Assembly (NCBI GenBank): GCA_036679605.1
Contig: JAZDCZ010000180.1
Location: 1 to 64,000, forward strand
Direction: 5' to 3'
DNA length: 64,000 nucleotides
Origin: Gemmatimonadota bacterium
GTDB lineage: Bacteria > Gemmatimonadota > Gemmatimonadetes > Gemmatimonadales > GWC2-71-9
A program made the position numbers and the translations under genes. Under the pieces are notes generated by a model. That model did not search any database. It saw nothing but the letters and a program-made list of their open reading frames with translations, and was not told the origin of the DNA. Positions 15,767 through 25,863 of the stretch are shown piece by piece (the stretch's first letter is position 1; each line of letters begins with the position of its first letter).

Positions 15767-17316
15767 GGCCTGAGTCCGGCGTTGGCGGGGAACCGTCCGT
15801 CGGGCCACAGTCGGAGAATCAACGCCAGGCAAGTTACATCCGCAAAAGATTCGGGACATGTACGCACCTCACTGGGAACTACCCCGTAGAGCTGATTAAG
15901 TGCGGTGAAGCTGTTGAAGTGTGCCCGGAACACCTGGCCTTCCGTAAAGTACTCGCGGGTGTTCGAGGCACTGTGCATGACATTGGTGCGGTCGTATCCC
16001 GTGAGATTGTCGACGTGGCCCAAGCCGAACGAGTGTCCGATCTCGTGTACCAATAATTCTTGTCCCGAGAATTCGGCCATGAAGATCACGTCGCCACCAG
16101 CACACGTATACCCCCGATCGGTTCCACCGTCGACAGTGCTCACGTAATAGAGGTTGATTCTTCCGGCAACTTTCCCGATAGCGGATTCGGCAAGCGATTT
16201 CTGCTGACAGGTCGTTGTATTGAACAGCGATGGTGCGTCCGGGTCATTCGTCGCATCGACGATGTCGAAACTTTCGAATTCCACTCCCATCCGCTCTACA
16301 CTCCAGACGGCCGCGGTAATCACGGACTGGGTAACGGCATGGTCGCGTTGAAAATCGAATGGACCACGAACGATCCACACCGTTACGGGAATTCGGATTA
16401 CCGGTGGAAAGGTCACGTCGATCGTGTCGGCTGCATCGGTCCACATAGCGGGATTCAGCAACACCGGCGGTCTTCCCTGGGTGAACGCGGTGATCTCATT
16501 CGAGGTCACCGAGGAGTCGAACACCATCTGCACGACGGAGTCGGTCAACACTCGGCCGAAGTCGTTCTGGAAAACTTGATTGTTACCGTCGAACAGTGCA
16601 CCGATCTGGGCACCGCCGGCGTTGTGGAAGCGAACCCGGTCAGGAGCCCCTGCGACATCGAAGGGAGAACTCGTCACCGTGTCGAACGGTGCAAGTATCT
16701 GCAATGTGTATCCGGATTCGGGAGAGTCGAGTGTGAGGAGGAACTCCGCAAAGCCGGTATCGGGCACAACCGTGGTCGAACCGCCGAGCAAACCGCCAGA
16801 GGGATTGTTACCCAACACGACACGTATGCTATCCGTAGCATCTGTGGAGAGTTGGCCCAACCGATCGAGCAGCACTACGGTCACCCGAAACAATAACCCG
16901 ACCGCCGAATTGAGCGGAGTTTCTAGAAGGACAAGAGCACTGGGTACCTGATCGACCGCAACATCGACGGCGGCGCTCGCGGTTCCGGCCCTGGCAGTGA
17001 TCTTGGTCGTACCGTTTCCGAGAGCGGTTACAAGGCCCTCGTCGCTTACCAGAGCCACGGATGTGTTCGACGAACCCCACTTGACACTCGGCGCTCTAGT
17101 GCCTGTTGTGGTTACCGTTGCGGTCAACTGGAGCGTGGCGCCGATGGCGTCGAGGGTGAGGTTACCCGGATCGACGATCGTGACCGTTACCTGTACGGTC
17201 TCGTTCGACTGGGTTGGGGTCGTGGGAGAGTCACCTCCACACGAGGCTATGGCCGCGCCGGCAACTCCGCTTGCCACCGCTGATATGATCCAGCGAAGGA
17301 CGGCGCTCCGGCGCAT
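15763..17316 (-). CDS. Lipoprotein with Ig-like (Big_2) domains and a metzincin zinc-metalloprotease domain
   Basis: Lipobox IASC; KWGSSNTSVALVS; HEIGHSFGLGH with Met-turn NVM. Confidence 0.85.
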   Translation of the reverse strand: MRRSAVLRWIISAVASGVAGAAIASCGGDSPTTPTQSNETVQVTVTIVDPGNLTLDAIGATLQLTATVTTTGTRAPSVKWGSSNTSVALVSDEGLVTALGNGTTKITARAGTASAAVDVAVDQVPSALVLLETPLNSAVGLLFRVTVVLLDRLGQLSTDATDSIRVVLGNNPSGGLLGGSTTVVPDTGFAEFLLTLDSPESGYTLQILAPFDTVTSSPFDVAGAPDRVRFHNAGGAQIGALFDGNNQVFQNDFGRVLTDSVVQMVFDSSVTSNEITAFTQGRPPVLLNPAMWTDAADTIDVTFPPVIRIPVTVWIVRGPFDFQRDHAVTQSVITAAVWSVERMGVEFESFDIVDATNDPDAPSLFNTTTCQQKSLAESAIGKVAGRINLYYVSTVDGGTDRGYTCAGGDVIFMAEFSGQELLVHEIGHSFGLGHVDNLTGYDRTNVMHSASNTREYFTEGQVFRAHFNSFTALNQLYGVVPSEVRTCPESFADVTCLALILRLWPDGRFPANAGLRP

Positions 17317-17318
17317 GT

Positions 17319-18830
17319 CTACGGCGTCGCCTGCTTGCGCGGCACCATCTCGTCCCGCATGGCCAGGTTGTACGCGGTTGCCGCCACGATTACCGCGGCC
17401 TGTTTGAGATCGTCCAACACGAGGTGATCGTACGTGTCCAAGTACGTGTGGTGCGTTCTGCTGCCGTACTCGATCGGATCCTGGATGAAGTTGAACCCCG
17501 GGATTCCCGCTCTGTCAAACGAGAGATGGTCGGTGCCGCCGGTGTTGCCGTGCCGCACCGCGACGACGCCCAAATCCCGGAACGGCCACAGCAGCTGCTC
17601 GAACACCGGTATCGCCCGTTCGTTCGACTGATCCCAGATACCGCGGATCCGCCCGGTGCCGTTGTCGACGTTCAAGTACGCCGAGATCTTGGCGTGCATC
17701 TCGGGATGATTCTCGATCCACGCGCTCGACCCAAAGAGCCCCTGCTCCTCCCCACTCCACAGCGCTATGCGGATCGTGCGACGCGGCTTCAGGTCCAACG
17801 TCTTGATAATACGCATCGCCTCCATCATCACAATCGAGCCGGCACCGTTGTCGGTTGCGCCGGTGCCCATGTGCCACGAGTCGAGATGCGCACCGATCAT
17901 TATGTACTCGCCGGCCTTGTCACCGCCTGGAATCTCGCCCAGTGAGTTATATGCGTTGAGATCGTCATCGTAAAACTGGTTCTTGATGTTCAGTTCGATC
18001 TCGACCGGCGTACCACCGTCGACATCGCGATAGATCTCGCCGTACTGTTCAGGCGCGATGACGAGCTGCGGCAGCGGCTCGGCGTTCTTAGGATCGCGAC
18101 CGCTCGCATCACCGTTCCTGCTCGAGAGAATGCCGTACTGCCGCGAAGACGCATCGATCATCGCCAAGACTCCTTCTTGTGCGAAAAACTTGCTCATCGC
18201 GCTGTGCAACCGCCGCGCCGCCCGACGCGCCTCCAATTGTTCCCGCGTGTAGCGCCGGCCGTTCCCGGCCGGCCGCAAGAGATCGCCGGGCGCGAAACGT
18301 CTGTCACGCTGCGCGTACTCCGGCTCCCATTCCTCAGGACTCTGCGTGATGACAATCGTGTTCTTAAGCTTACCGCTGTACTGCTGCAGGTCGGACGCGC
18401 TCCCTACGTGCAGGATCACGACATTCCCGGTCACCGTGCCGCTGGTGCTGCCGGTCCACGCCACCGACTGGGCATGCAGCGGCTGGCGGAACGGCGTTAG
18501 GATCTGCCCGCTGTAGGACACCCGCTCCCAACCGCGCCCGAACTCACCCCATGGTTCGACTATCACGTTTTCCAGTCCCCATTCGCGGAACTTCTCGGCC
18601 GTCCAGTCGTTGGCGCGCCGCATCGCGGGCGACCCAGTCAGCCGCGGACCGATCACGTCGGTCAGGTGATGCGCCAATTGCGGTATCTGTGAGTGCTCCA
18701 GGCCCTCGGTGCGGATACGCTGCACCACCGCCATGTCCACACGCTCTTGGGCAACCTGAGCGGAGAGAGTGGCCGGCATGCAGACGGCCGAGGCCAAAGA
18801 CAGGATTGCTAGGGAAGACTTGAGTGACAT
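17319..18830 (-). CDS. M28 family peptidase (carboxypeptidase Q-like)
   Basis: IGPRLTGS, GAHLDSW, GATDNGAG, GEEQGL, GTDH, HH. Confidence 0.92.
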   Translation of the reverse strand: MSLKSSLAILSLASAVCMPATLSAQVAQERVDMAVVQRIRTEGLEHSQIPQLAHHLTDVIGPRLTGSPAMRRANDWTAEKFREWGLENVIVEPWGEFGRGWERVSYSGQILTPFRQPLHAQSVAWTGSTSGTVTGNVVILHVGSASDLQQYSGKLKNTIVITQSPEEWEPEYAQRDRRFAPGDLLRPAGNGRRYTREQLEARRAARRLHSAMSKFFAQEGVLAMIDASSRQYGILSSRNGDASGRDPKNAEPLPQLVIAPEQYGEIYRDVDGGTPVEIELNIKNQFYDDDLNAYNSLGEIPGGDKAGEYIMIGAHLDSWHMGTGATDNGAGSIVMMEAMRIIKTLDLKPRRTIRIALWSGEEQGLFGSSAWIENHPEMHAKISAYLNVDNGTGRIRGIWDQSNERAIPVFEQLLWPFRDLGVVAVRHGNTGGTDHLSFDRAGIPGFNFIQDPIEYGSRTHHTYLDTYDHLVLDDLKQAAVIVAATAYNLAMRDEMVPRKQATP

Positions 18831-18965
18831 GCCGGCTCCTAATGATTTGTAGGACTCTCAAAGGTACAGAAACGGTACGCCATGCGTAAATGCGGTTGTG
18901 CCAACAGCATCGCTGCCGTGAAGACTTGAGACGTGATAACGCCACTCCGGACGACCACGAAAGGG

Positions 18966-19015
18966 ATCGCAATTTTGCTATTGACAAGACCGTTTGGACA
19001 TCGCTATTTTGCGAT
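18966..19015 (+). promoter_or_regulatory. Promoter with two ATCGC-N6-GC(G/T)AT operators
   Basis: TTGACA (18981-18986) - 18 nt - TATTTT; palindromes at 18966-18981 and 19000-19015. Confidence 0.65.
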
Positions 19016-19052
19016 ATCGGAGAGCTGACGGCATACGTATCGGGAGATTTGA

Positions 19053-19367
19053 ATGACTACCAAACGCGGGACTGTGAATGCGGTTGAGATCCTTCACCGC
19101 GACATCATTGGCGACGACGCTTCCAAACGCGCCCTCCTAGAGGAGGAGCGACTCAATGTCCGCGTTGCTCAGATGATCTATGACTGCCGCACCGCGGCCA
19201 ACCTCAGCCAAAAGGACCTAGCGGTCATGATCGGTACGACACAGTCCGTTATCAGTAGGCTGGAAAGTACTGAGTACAAAGGACATTCGCTCAGCATGCT
19301 GGACCGCATCGCGCACGCTACCCATCGAAGAGTTGTAGTTGAAATGCCTGCCGCGCACGGTGATTGA
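19053..19367 (+). CDS. XRE-family HTH protein (HigA-like antitoxin), orphan
   Basis: LSQKDLAVMIGTTQSVISRLE HTH. Confidence 0.85.
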   Translation: MTTKRGTVNAVEILHRDIIGDDASKRALLEEERLNVRVAQMIYDCRTAANLSQKDLAVMIGTTQSVISRLESTEYKGHSLSMLDRIAHATHRRVVVEMPAAHGD

Positions 19368-19402
19368 GATCGGTGCCACACAACTAATAGCTGAGGCAGG
19401 GC

Positions 19403-19422
19403 GGGCGACGCGTGCGTCGCCC
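19403..19422. terminator. GC hairpin (REP-like) between convergent genes
   Basis: GGGCGACGC-GT-GCGTCGCCC. Confidence 0.55.
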
Positions 19423-19426
19423 GTGT

Positions 19427-19912
19427 CTATTGCCTTTTCGCTTCAAAAAACTCGCTCAACAACTCGCCACATTCCTTTTCCATCACACCGCCCCGGACTT
19501 CCGGATTGTGATTGAGTTTGGGATGCCGTAACAAGTCTTCCACGCTGCCGGCCATGCCTGCCTTCGGATCGTAAGCCCCGAACAACACGCTGGAGATGCG
19601 TGCGAGGATTATCGCGCCGGCACACTGAGCGCACGGCTCCAATGTCACACACAATGTTGCACCTTCGAGGCGGTCGACGGTCAAGGCATCCAGCGCCTGC
19701 TGTATTGCGATCACCTCGGCGTGGCGCGTGAGGTCCTGCTGGGCCACGGTCTCGTTGTGTGCGCTCGCCACGACCTTACCCTCGAACACGATGGCGGCAC
19801 CCACCGGAACTTCGCCACGGTGGACCGCGTACTGCGCTTGGTCCAGCGCGGCATCCATCCCGAGTTTATCGGCCGCGCTTATCGGCTGTGCCTTAGGTTC
19901 CGGTGGTGGCAT
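19427..19912 (-). CDS. tadA: tRNA adenosine(34) deaminase
   Basis: [28 protein letters not shown] motifs. Confidence 0.93.
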   Translation of the reverse strand: MPPPEPKAQPISAADKLGMDAALDQAQYAVHRGEVPVGAAIVFEGKVVASAHNETVAQQDLTRHAEVIAIQQALDALTVDRLEGATLCVTLEPCAQCAGAIILARISSVLFGAYDPKAGMAGSVEDLLRHPKLNHNPEVRGGVMEKECGELLSEFFEAKRQ

Positions 19913-22529
19913 GGTTCGGTTCCCTTTCCTTTGCGGGTATGCGTGCAAACTCCAGCGTCTTTCCATCAGTGGAGCGCATGGCTTTGACCATATCTCCCTC
20001 ACGGAAATCACCTTCCAAGATCGCCAACGCAAGAGGGTTCTGTACGAATTTCTGAATGGCGCGTTTGAGCGGCCTCGCCCCATAAACGGGGTCGTACCCC
20101 TCCGTCACCAGCAGTTCTCTGGCCTCCGGGGTCACATCTATTGTTAGACCGCGATCCGCTAGGAGTTCCCGCACCCGGTCGAGCTGGATCTCGACGATCT
20201 GCATGAGATCTTCTTGGCTCAACTGACGGAATACGATCACGTCATCCACACGATTCAAGAACTCGGGCTTGAACGATTGCCGCAGTGCGTCGAGCACACG
20301 TCGCTCCACCTCCCCGCTGTCGGTATCAGCCAACTCGAGAATCCATTGGCTTCCGATGTTGGAGGTCATGATGATCACGGTGTTGCGGAAGTCCACGGCA
20401 TGCCCTTGACTGTCGGTCAGACGCCCGTCATCCAAAATCTGCAACAGCACGTTAAACACGTCGGGATGTGCCTTTTCGATTTCGTCAAACAAGATCACCG
20501 AATAGGGACGGCGCCGAACGGCCTCGGTCAGCTGTCCGCCCTCCTCATAACCGACATATCCCGGCGGCGCGCCGATCATCCGCGCTACCGCATGCTTCTC
20601 CATGTACTCCGACATGTCGAGCCGCACCATGGCTCGCTCGTCGTCGAACAAGAACTCAGCCAGCGCGCGCGCGGTTTCCGTCTTACCGACGCCGGTGGGA
20701 CCGAGAAAAATGAAACTGCCTACCGGCCGGTGGGGATCTTGCAAGCCGGCACGAGAGCGACGCACCGCGTTCGCCACGGCAGAAACTGCTTCTGCCTGCC
20801 CTATCACCCTGTGACTCAGCTCGGTCTCCAGTTTCGTGAGCCGTTCACGCTCGGACTCCAGCATTTTGCTCACCGGGATTCCGGTCCACTTTGACACGAT
20901 ATCGGCGATGTCCTCGGAGTCCACATCTTCCTTGAGATACTTTACGATCGATTGTATTTCATCGAGTCGTTCTTTCTCTTGCGCTATCTCCTGCTCGAGC
21001 TTGGGAACGGTGTCGTAACGGATCTCCGCCGCCTTCTGGAGATCGCCGTCACGGGTGACTTGATCAGCTTCCGTTCGCAATTCCTCCAGACGTGCGTTCT
21101 TTTCGCGCAACAGTGTGATGGAATCTTTCTCTGCCTGCCATTGCGCCTTCATGCTCTGGGATTGCTCTTGGAGATCGGCAATATCCTTCTTGACCGTAGC
21201 GAGCCGGTCCTTGCTCGCGCGGTCCTTCTCTTTCGATAACGCCTGTTCCTCGATGCGCAGTTGAACCATACGGCGCTCGACCTCGTCGATCTCTTGCGGC
21301 AAGCTGTCGATCGCAATACGCAACCGGCTCGCTGCCTCATCTATCAAGTCGATCGCCTTGTCGGGTAGCTTGCGGTCGCCCAGATATCTGTCTGACAGCG
21401 TGGCCGCCGCGATGATCGCGTTGTCGGTGATGCGCACACCGTGGTGTACCTCGTAACGTTCCTTGAGACCGCGCAGAATCGCGATCGAGTCTTCCACCGA
21501 TGGCTCGCCTACGAACACCGGTTGGAATCGCCGCTCCAACGCCTTGTCTTTCTCAACGTACTTGCGGTACTCGTCGAGAGTGGTCGCGCCCACCACGCGT
21601 AGCTCTCCGCGGGCGAGCGCCGGCTTCAGCATGTTGGACGCATCGACCGATCCTTCGGCAGCACCGGCCCCAACGATGGTGTGCAGCTCGTCGATGAAGA
21701 CCACGAACCGCCCCTCCTGGCTCGTTATCTCCTTCAAGACCGATTTGAGACGCTCCTCGAATTCACCACGGTACTTGGCACCTGCCAAGAGTTGGCCGAT
21801 GTCGAGTACGACAATGTGTTTGTCGCGCAGCGACTCGGGCACGTCTCCGTTCACGATTCGCTGAGCGAGACCTTCGACGATGGCGGTCTTTCCGACACCG
21901 GGGTCGCCGATCAAGACGGGGTTGTTCTTGGTGCGGCGGGAGAGCACCTGCACTACGCGCCGGATCTCCTCGTCGCGCCCAATGACGGGGTCGAGCTTTC
22001 CCTGTCTGGCAAGGTCGGTCAGGTCCTTAGTGAAACGCTCGAGCGCACGGTACTTGGATTCCGGTTCTTGATCGAGCACCCTGTGGCTGCCGCGTACCTG
22101 ATCGAGCGCTTCGAGTAGATGCGCGCTATCGATACCGCGAGCGCTCAGGAGTTCTCGTGCGGTAGTGCCTTTGACTTCTACCAACCCTACCAGTAAGTGC
22201 TCAGTGGACACATAGCTATCACCGAGTTCCTGTGCAGCACGATCGGCTCGGTCGAGAGAGTCGCTCAACTCCCGAGCCATTGAGGGCGCGGCTCTGTCAC
22301 CCTCCTGGGTCGGCAATCGGAAGATCTCACGCTCGGTATCACGCCGCAGCTCGGTGACGTTGAGCCCGGACTTCTGCAGCACGGGTACCACGACCCCCTC
22401 CTTCTGGTCCAGCAACGCTATGAACAGATGCGCGTCGTTGACCACGGGATTGCCGCGTTCCTGAGCCAGGGACTGTGCCTCCCTCAGCACCTCGCCGGCC
22501 TTTATTGTCAAACGATCTGGTCTAATCAT
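19893..22529 (-). CDS. clpB: ATP-dependent chaperone ClpB
   Basis: Two AAA+ modules ([16 protein letters not shown]), long coiled-coil M domain, 878 aa. Confidence 0.98.
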   Translation of the reverse strand: MIRPDRLTIKAGEVLREAQSLAQERGNPVVNDAHLFIALLDQKEGVVVPVLQKSGLNVTELRRDTEREIFRLPTQEGDRAAPSMARELSDSLDRADRAAQELGDSYVSTEHLLVGLVEVKGTTARELLSARGIDSAHLLEALDQVRGSHRVLDQEPESKYRALERFTKDLTDLARQGKLDPVIGRDEEIRRVVQVLSRRTKNNPVLIGDPGVGKTAIVEGLAQRIVNGDVPESLRDKHIVVLDIGQLLAGAKYRGEFEERLKSVLKEITSQEGRFVVFIDELHTIVGAGAAEGSVDASNMLKPALARGELRVVGATTLDEYRKYVEKDKALERRFQPVFVGEPSVEDSIAILRGLKERYEVHHGVRITDNAIIAAATLSDRYLGDRKLPDKAIDLIDEAASRLRIAIDSLPQEIDEVERRMVQLRIEEQALSKEKDRASKDRLATVKKDIADLQEQSQSMKAQWQAEKDSITLLREKNARLEELRTEADQVTRDGDLQKAAEIRYDTVPKLEQEIAQEKERLDEIQSIVKYLKEDVDSEDIADIVSKWTGIPVSKMLESERERLTKLETELSHRVIGQAEAVSAVANAVRRSRAGLQDPHRPVGSFIFLGPTGVGKTETARALAEFLFDDERAMVRLDMSEYMEKHAVARMIGAPPGYVGYEEGGQLTEAVRRRPYSVILFDEIEKAHPDVFNVLLQILDDGRLTDSQGHAVDFRNTVIIMTSNIGSQWILELADTDSGEVERRVLDALRQSFKPEFLNRVDDVIVFRQLSQEDLMQIVEIQLDRVRELLADRGLTIDVTPEARELLVTEGYDPVYGARPLKRAIQKFVQNPLALAILEGDFREGDMVKAMRSTDGKTLEFARIPAKEREPNHATTGT

Positions 22530-22542
22530 ACGGTCCCGTAAT

Positions 22543-22599
22543 AGCTAGATCCGTACCCCAAAAAAGCTGCACATTTGGCAAAATGGTGCCAAAACGACA
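22543..22599 (-). promoter_or_regulatory. Putative sigma54 promoter of clpB with upstream TG(C/A)CA-type palindromes
   Basis: Minus strand GG-TACGGATCTA-GC (22557-22544); TTTGGCA-N6-TGCCAAA at 22574-22593. Confidence 0.5.
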
Positions 22600-22674
22600 G
22601 GCGCGCCTTCCCATGATAGGGTCGGCGCGCCCGTTACCTTCAATTTGACTAGAAATCTGCCTTAGACTACCTCC

Positions 22675-23100
22675 TTATTTTACTACGGTCATGCGTTTGG
22701 TCGATTGATCGTCATCAACGATCAACTGGTATACGTAGACTCCTGGTGCCGCCCCTCGATCGGTGCCGAGAATTTTTCCATTCCAGTAGGCAGAGTACCG
22801 CCCCGTCCCGTTCCACGTGAGCTTGAGTTCAGTGAACGGCACACCAGAGCCCGTTGAGAGCGGGACAGCGACCAGCTGCGCGAGGACGTTGTAAATCCTC
22901 ATCGACACCACCGGACGGTGCCCGTTCTCAAACAGACCTTGATCCAACTCAAACGGAATCGTTGTCTCAGATTTGAACGGATTCGGGTAATTACTGAGCA
23001 AACGCACCGACTTGGTCAGCCGATCTTCCTGTGCTTCGACAGCGGTTGGCACGGCCAACAGGAGCCCGAGCATTACACCCGCCCAGGCAACGTACTTCAT
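22675..23100 (-). CDS. Small secreted FlgD-Ig / T9SS-CTD-like protein
   Basis: Signal peptide; NYPNPF, IYNVLAQLV, WNGK, PGVYVYQL. Confidence 0.8.
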   Translation of the reverse strand: MKYVAWAGVMLGLLLAVPTAVEAQEDRLTKSVRLLSNYPNPFKSETTIPFELDQGLFENGHRPVVSMRIYNVLAQLVAVPLSTGSGVPFTELKLTWNGTGRYSAYWNGKILGTDRGAAPGVYVYQLIVDDDQSTKRMTVVK

Positions 23101-23208
23101 TTCTTAACTCCTTCTCACAAAAACGTTCGTAGGCAAGTCTCTCCTTGCAGGTTCGAAAGGCTGTATTACACCATCATATAACAAGTTACGTATCGCCGAC
23201 ACCCACTG

Positions 23209-25098
23209 TCAACGTGGGGCCAGCAAGTCCCTGCCCTTGGGTCCGAGCACTCTGACATCGGCATTTCGGACAGTGAGCTGGCGACTGTCCATCCATTCCA
23301 TCAGGGGGATGAGGTACTTGCGGCTAAGTCCAGTCTTCTCACGGAGTTCGGCCGGAGTGGCCCGGCCCGCGCGGTCGACAGTTTCGACGATTTCCCGGAC
23401 TAGCTTATCGAGAATCTCGCGATCGTAGTAGCGATCTTTTGTTATTCGCACCGCTGCGCCCTCATCCACAAGGAACCCCAAGATTTGCGTGAGGTTTTCG
23501 ATCGCGGTAGCGTCGAATTCCCCCAGCGATCTTCCATGGATGCCCCCTTCGGTAAGGCTCTGCCTGACGAGACGGCTATGACCAATCTGATCTCCTGCCA
23601 GTTCGGCCCTGTGCTCGGCCAGTCGGACCGTGTCCCGCTCCACTGCTATGAGGCCCTCCCGATCCAACTCGGCATGAACGAAATCGGCCAGGCTCGGATC
23701 GCGCAGCGCACGCCGCGCAAGTTCACGCGGCATGCCGGAACGGAGCGGATATTGCTCGTGATACTGCCGAATTCCGTCCACGGCCGCGCGGCGCGCTGCA
23801 CTAACGACCGCGGCCGAAACCAGCCGGCCGCCGGCCCGAACCGCCCCGCTTCCGGGTGACTCCCAGAGAAGTTCAGATTCATCCGGCCGCAAGCCGAGGC
23901 GTACAGGTAGGTGTTCCCGTTGGATGCCCGCGTCACCGGCCGCCTCGACGAACGCCGCCAGCCGCTCCTCCGGCTCCGGCACCGCGCGAGCGGCCAGAGC
24001 GACCGGACGGCGCGGCCGCCTGGCGGGCCAGGGATCTACTACGAGACATCCTCCTATGGTCGTGACCGGGGAGTAGGATCGGATCACGCCACGATCACCC
24101 CAGCGGCCCACCATGGGAAGTTCCAATCGGAGCCGCGCGGCGCCGGTCGACCCGGGTTTGATCTCGCCGCCCGTCGGCGTTACCCGAGCCATCACCTCGG
24201 CTGTCCCCAGGTGGAAGCGAACGCGCGATCGCTGGGTGATCGGTCGCGGCGCACCGGGCAACATCGTAATCATCACATCCATAGCCTTTGTCTCGCGCCA
24301 TCCACCGTGAGCCACCGCAATCTGACCGCGCGCGACGCTCTTGCGGCCGAGTCCTGCCAACGCAAGAGCCGTTCGCCGACCGGGAAGCGCCGCATCTCGA
24401 GCCTCACCATGCACCTCGACTCCGCGCACTCGCGCTTTTTCTCCGCCGGGTAGCACCGTGATCTCGTCACCGACACGCACGGTTCCACTCCAAGCCGTTC
24501 CCGTCACTACGGTACCAGCACCGGCGATGCTGAAGACCCTATCTATGGGCAGACGGAACAAGTCGGCCGCGGATCGTGAAGCCGCTCGCTGCGCGGCGAC
24601 GACCAGAACCTCCCGCAACTCCTCACGCCCCTGTTCCGTCACCGTCGAGAAACGCACTGGGCGCTCCCATTGGATGGACGATCCTGCCAGCCGTTCGGCG
24701 ATGTCCGCCTCCACCAACTCCATCCACTCGTCTTCGACCAGATCACACTTGGTTAGTACCACGACGCCGCAACGCACCGCCAGTAAATCGAGGATCGCCA
24801 TGTGTTCCTTGGTCTGGGGCATCACGCCTTCGTCGGCTGCAACGACGAGCAAGGCTACGTCCACTCCCGTGGCACCAGCGACCATGTTGCGTACAAAATC
24901 TTCATGGCCCGGCACATCGACGATGCTGGCCGAGATGCCGTCACCGAGGTCGAGTGAAGCAAACCCCAGGTCGATCGTGATACCGCGGCGCTTCTCCTCC
25001 TCCCACCGGTCGGTGTCGGTGCCGGTCAACGCCTTGACGAGCGCCGTCTTTCCATGATCCACGTGTCCCGCCGTTCCGATTACGACATGCCGGTCCAC
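23209..25098 (-). CDS. selB: Selenocysteine-specific elongation factor
   Basis: GTAGHVDHGKT, EEKRRGITIDLGFA, DVPGHE; C-terminal winged helix LSRKYLIPL. Confidence 0.96.
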   Translation of the reverse strand: MDRHVVIGTAGHVDHGKTALVKALTGTDTDRWEEEKRRGITIDLGFASLDLGDGISASIVDVPGHEDFVRNMVAGATGVDVALLVVAADEGVMPQTKEHMAILDLLAVRCGVVVLTKCDLVEDEWMELVEADIAERLAGSSIQWERPVRFSTVTEQGREELREVLVVAAQRAASRSAADLFRLPIDRVFSIAGAGTVVTGTAWSGTVRVGDEITVLPGGEKARVRGVEVHGEARDAALPGRRTALALAGLGRKSVARGQIAVAHGGWRETKAMDVMITMLPGAPRPITQRSRVRFHLGTAEVMARVTPTGGEIKPGSTGAARLRLELPMVGRWGDRGVIRSYSPVTTIGGCLVVDPWPARRPRRPVALAARAVPEPEERLAAFVEAAGDAGIQREHLPVRLGLRPDESELLWESPGSGAVRAGGRLVSAAVVSAARRAAVDGIRQYHEQYPLRSGMPRELARRALRDPSLADFVHAELDREGLIAVERDTVRLAEHRAELAGDQIGHSRLVRQSLTEGGIHGRSLGEFDATAIENLTQILGFLVDEGAAVRITKDRYYDREILDKLVREIVETVDRAGRATPAELREKTGLSRKYLIPLMEWMDSRQLTVRNADVRVLGPKGRDLLAPR

Positions 25099-25844
25099 GG
25101 CAACTCCTCCCAAAAAGCAAGTGCCTTGAGTTCTCGACCCTCGGCCAGATGATACTGCACGAAGTCTCGGAATAGACGCCGGTGAGCGGCTCCGTGCCGG
25201 GCTGCGACCGCCCCGACATCACTGACACGTCCCGCTACGAGCGATTGGAGGGCGATTCGATCATCGGCTACCAGCCTTCTGCTTTCTACCCCGCTGGCAC
25301 AGGACCTACATAGGAATCCTCCGTCAAGTACGGAAAAAACGGCGGCTCCATCCGGCAGTATTTCGCCGTCTCGCGCGCAGCAGTCCAGTGCCGGCGCAAA
25401 CCCCAGTACGCACACGGTACCCCACAGGGCGGAAAGGATCACAACATCCAAATCATCTGCCGCTACCGATGTTAGGGCATCCAGATACACGACCAACTGC
25501 TCGAACAGCTCCGGGTGCGGCCCCGCGTGGGAAAATCGCAATACCAGTTCCGCCAGCGCAGCACCGCCGGCGTATCGCCGCACGTCGGAAGCCAGCTCTT
25601 GGCGTTGCTTGACCACATCGAACTCGGCTAGCGTCTGGAGTTCGCGGTTCTGCTTGACGTAGAGCTGCGCTACTCCCTCGCTCAATACTTGGAGCCTGGC
25701 ACCGAACTTACTTCTCTTCCGTGAAGCGCCTTTGGCTATCGCGCTCTGCACGCCGAGATCTGCGGTAGCCATTCGCACGATCTTGGACGACTCGCCGTAT
25801 TTGAACGAGTGCAGAATCACGGCATCTGTGGTTACGAGTCCCAT
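25080..25844 (-). CDS. recO: DNA repair protein RecO
   Basis: YGESSKIV, AKGA, zinc-finger Cys pairs. Confidence 0.93.
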   Translation of the reverse strand: MGLVTTDAVILHSFKYGESSKIVRMATADLGVQSAIAKGASRKRSKFGARLQVLSEGVAQLYVKQNRELQTLAEFDVVKQRQELASDVRRYAGGAALAELVLRFSHAGPHPELFEQLVVYLDALTSVAADDLDVVILSALWGTVCVLGFAPALDCCARDGEILPDGAAVFSVLDGGFLCRSCASGVESRRLVADDRIALQSLVAGRVSDVGAVAARHGAAHRRLFRDFVQYHLAEGRELKALAFWEELPWTGMS

Positions 25845-25863
25845 AGGGGGAAAGATACCTGAA

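Noticed and set aside
19427..19912. TadA as a dedicated partner of the A34 hybrid tRNA
   Set aside because: It is 19 kb away in the housekeeping block and looks like ordinary TadA. The characterised E. coli enzyme needs a U33-ACG loop, which the hybrid lacks.
22574..22593. CIRCE (HrcA) element upstream of clpB
   Set aside because: Does not match TTAGCACTC-N9-GAGTGCTAA in sequence or spacing.
23209..25098. Complete selenocysteine locus
   Set aside because: No selA, selD, tRNA-Sec or in-frame TGA selenoprotein was seen in this window.
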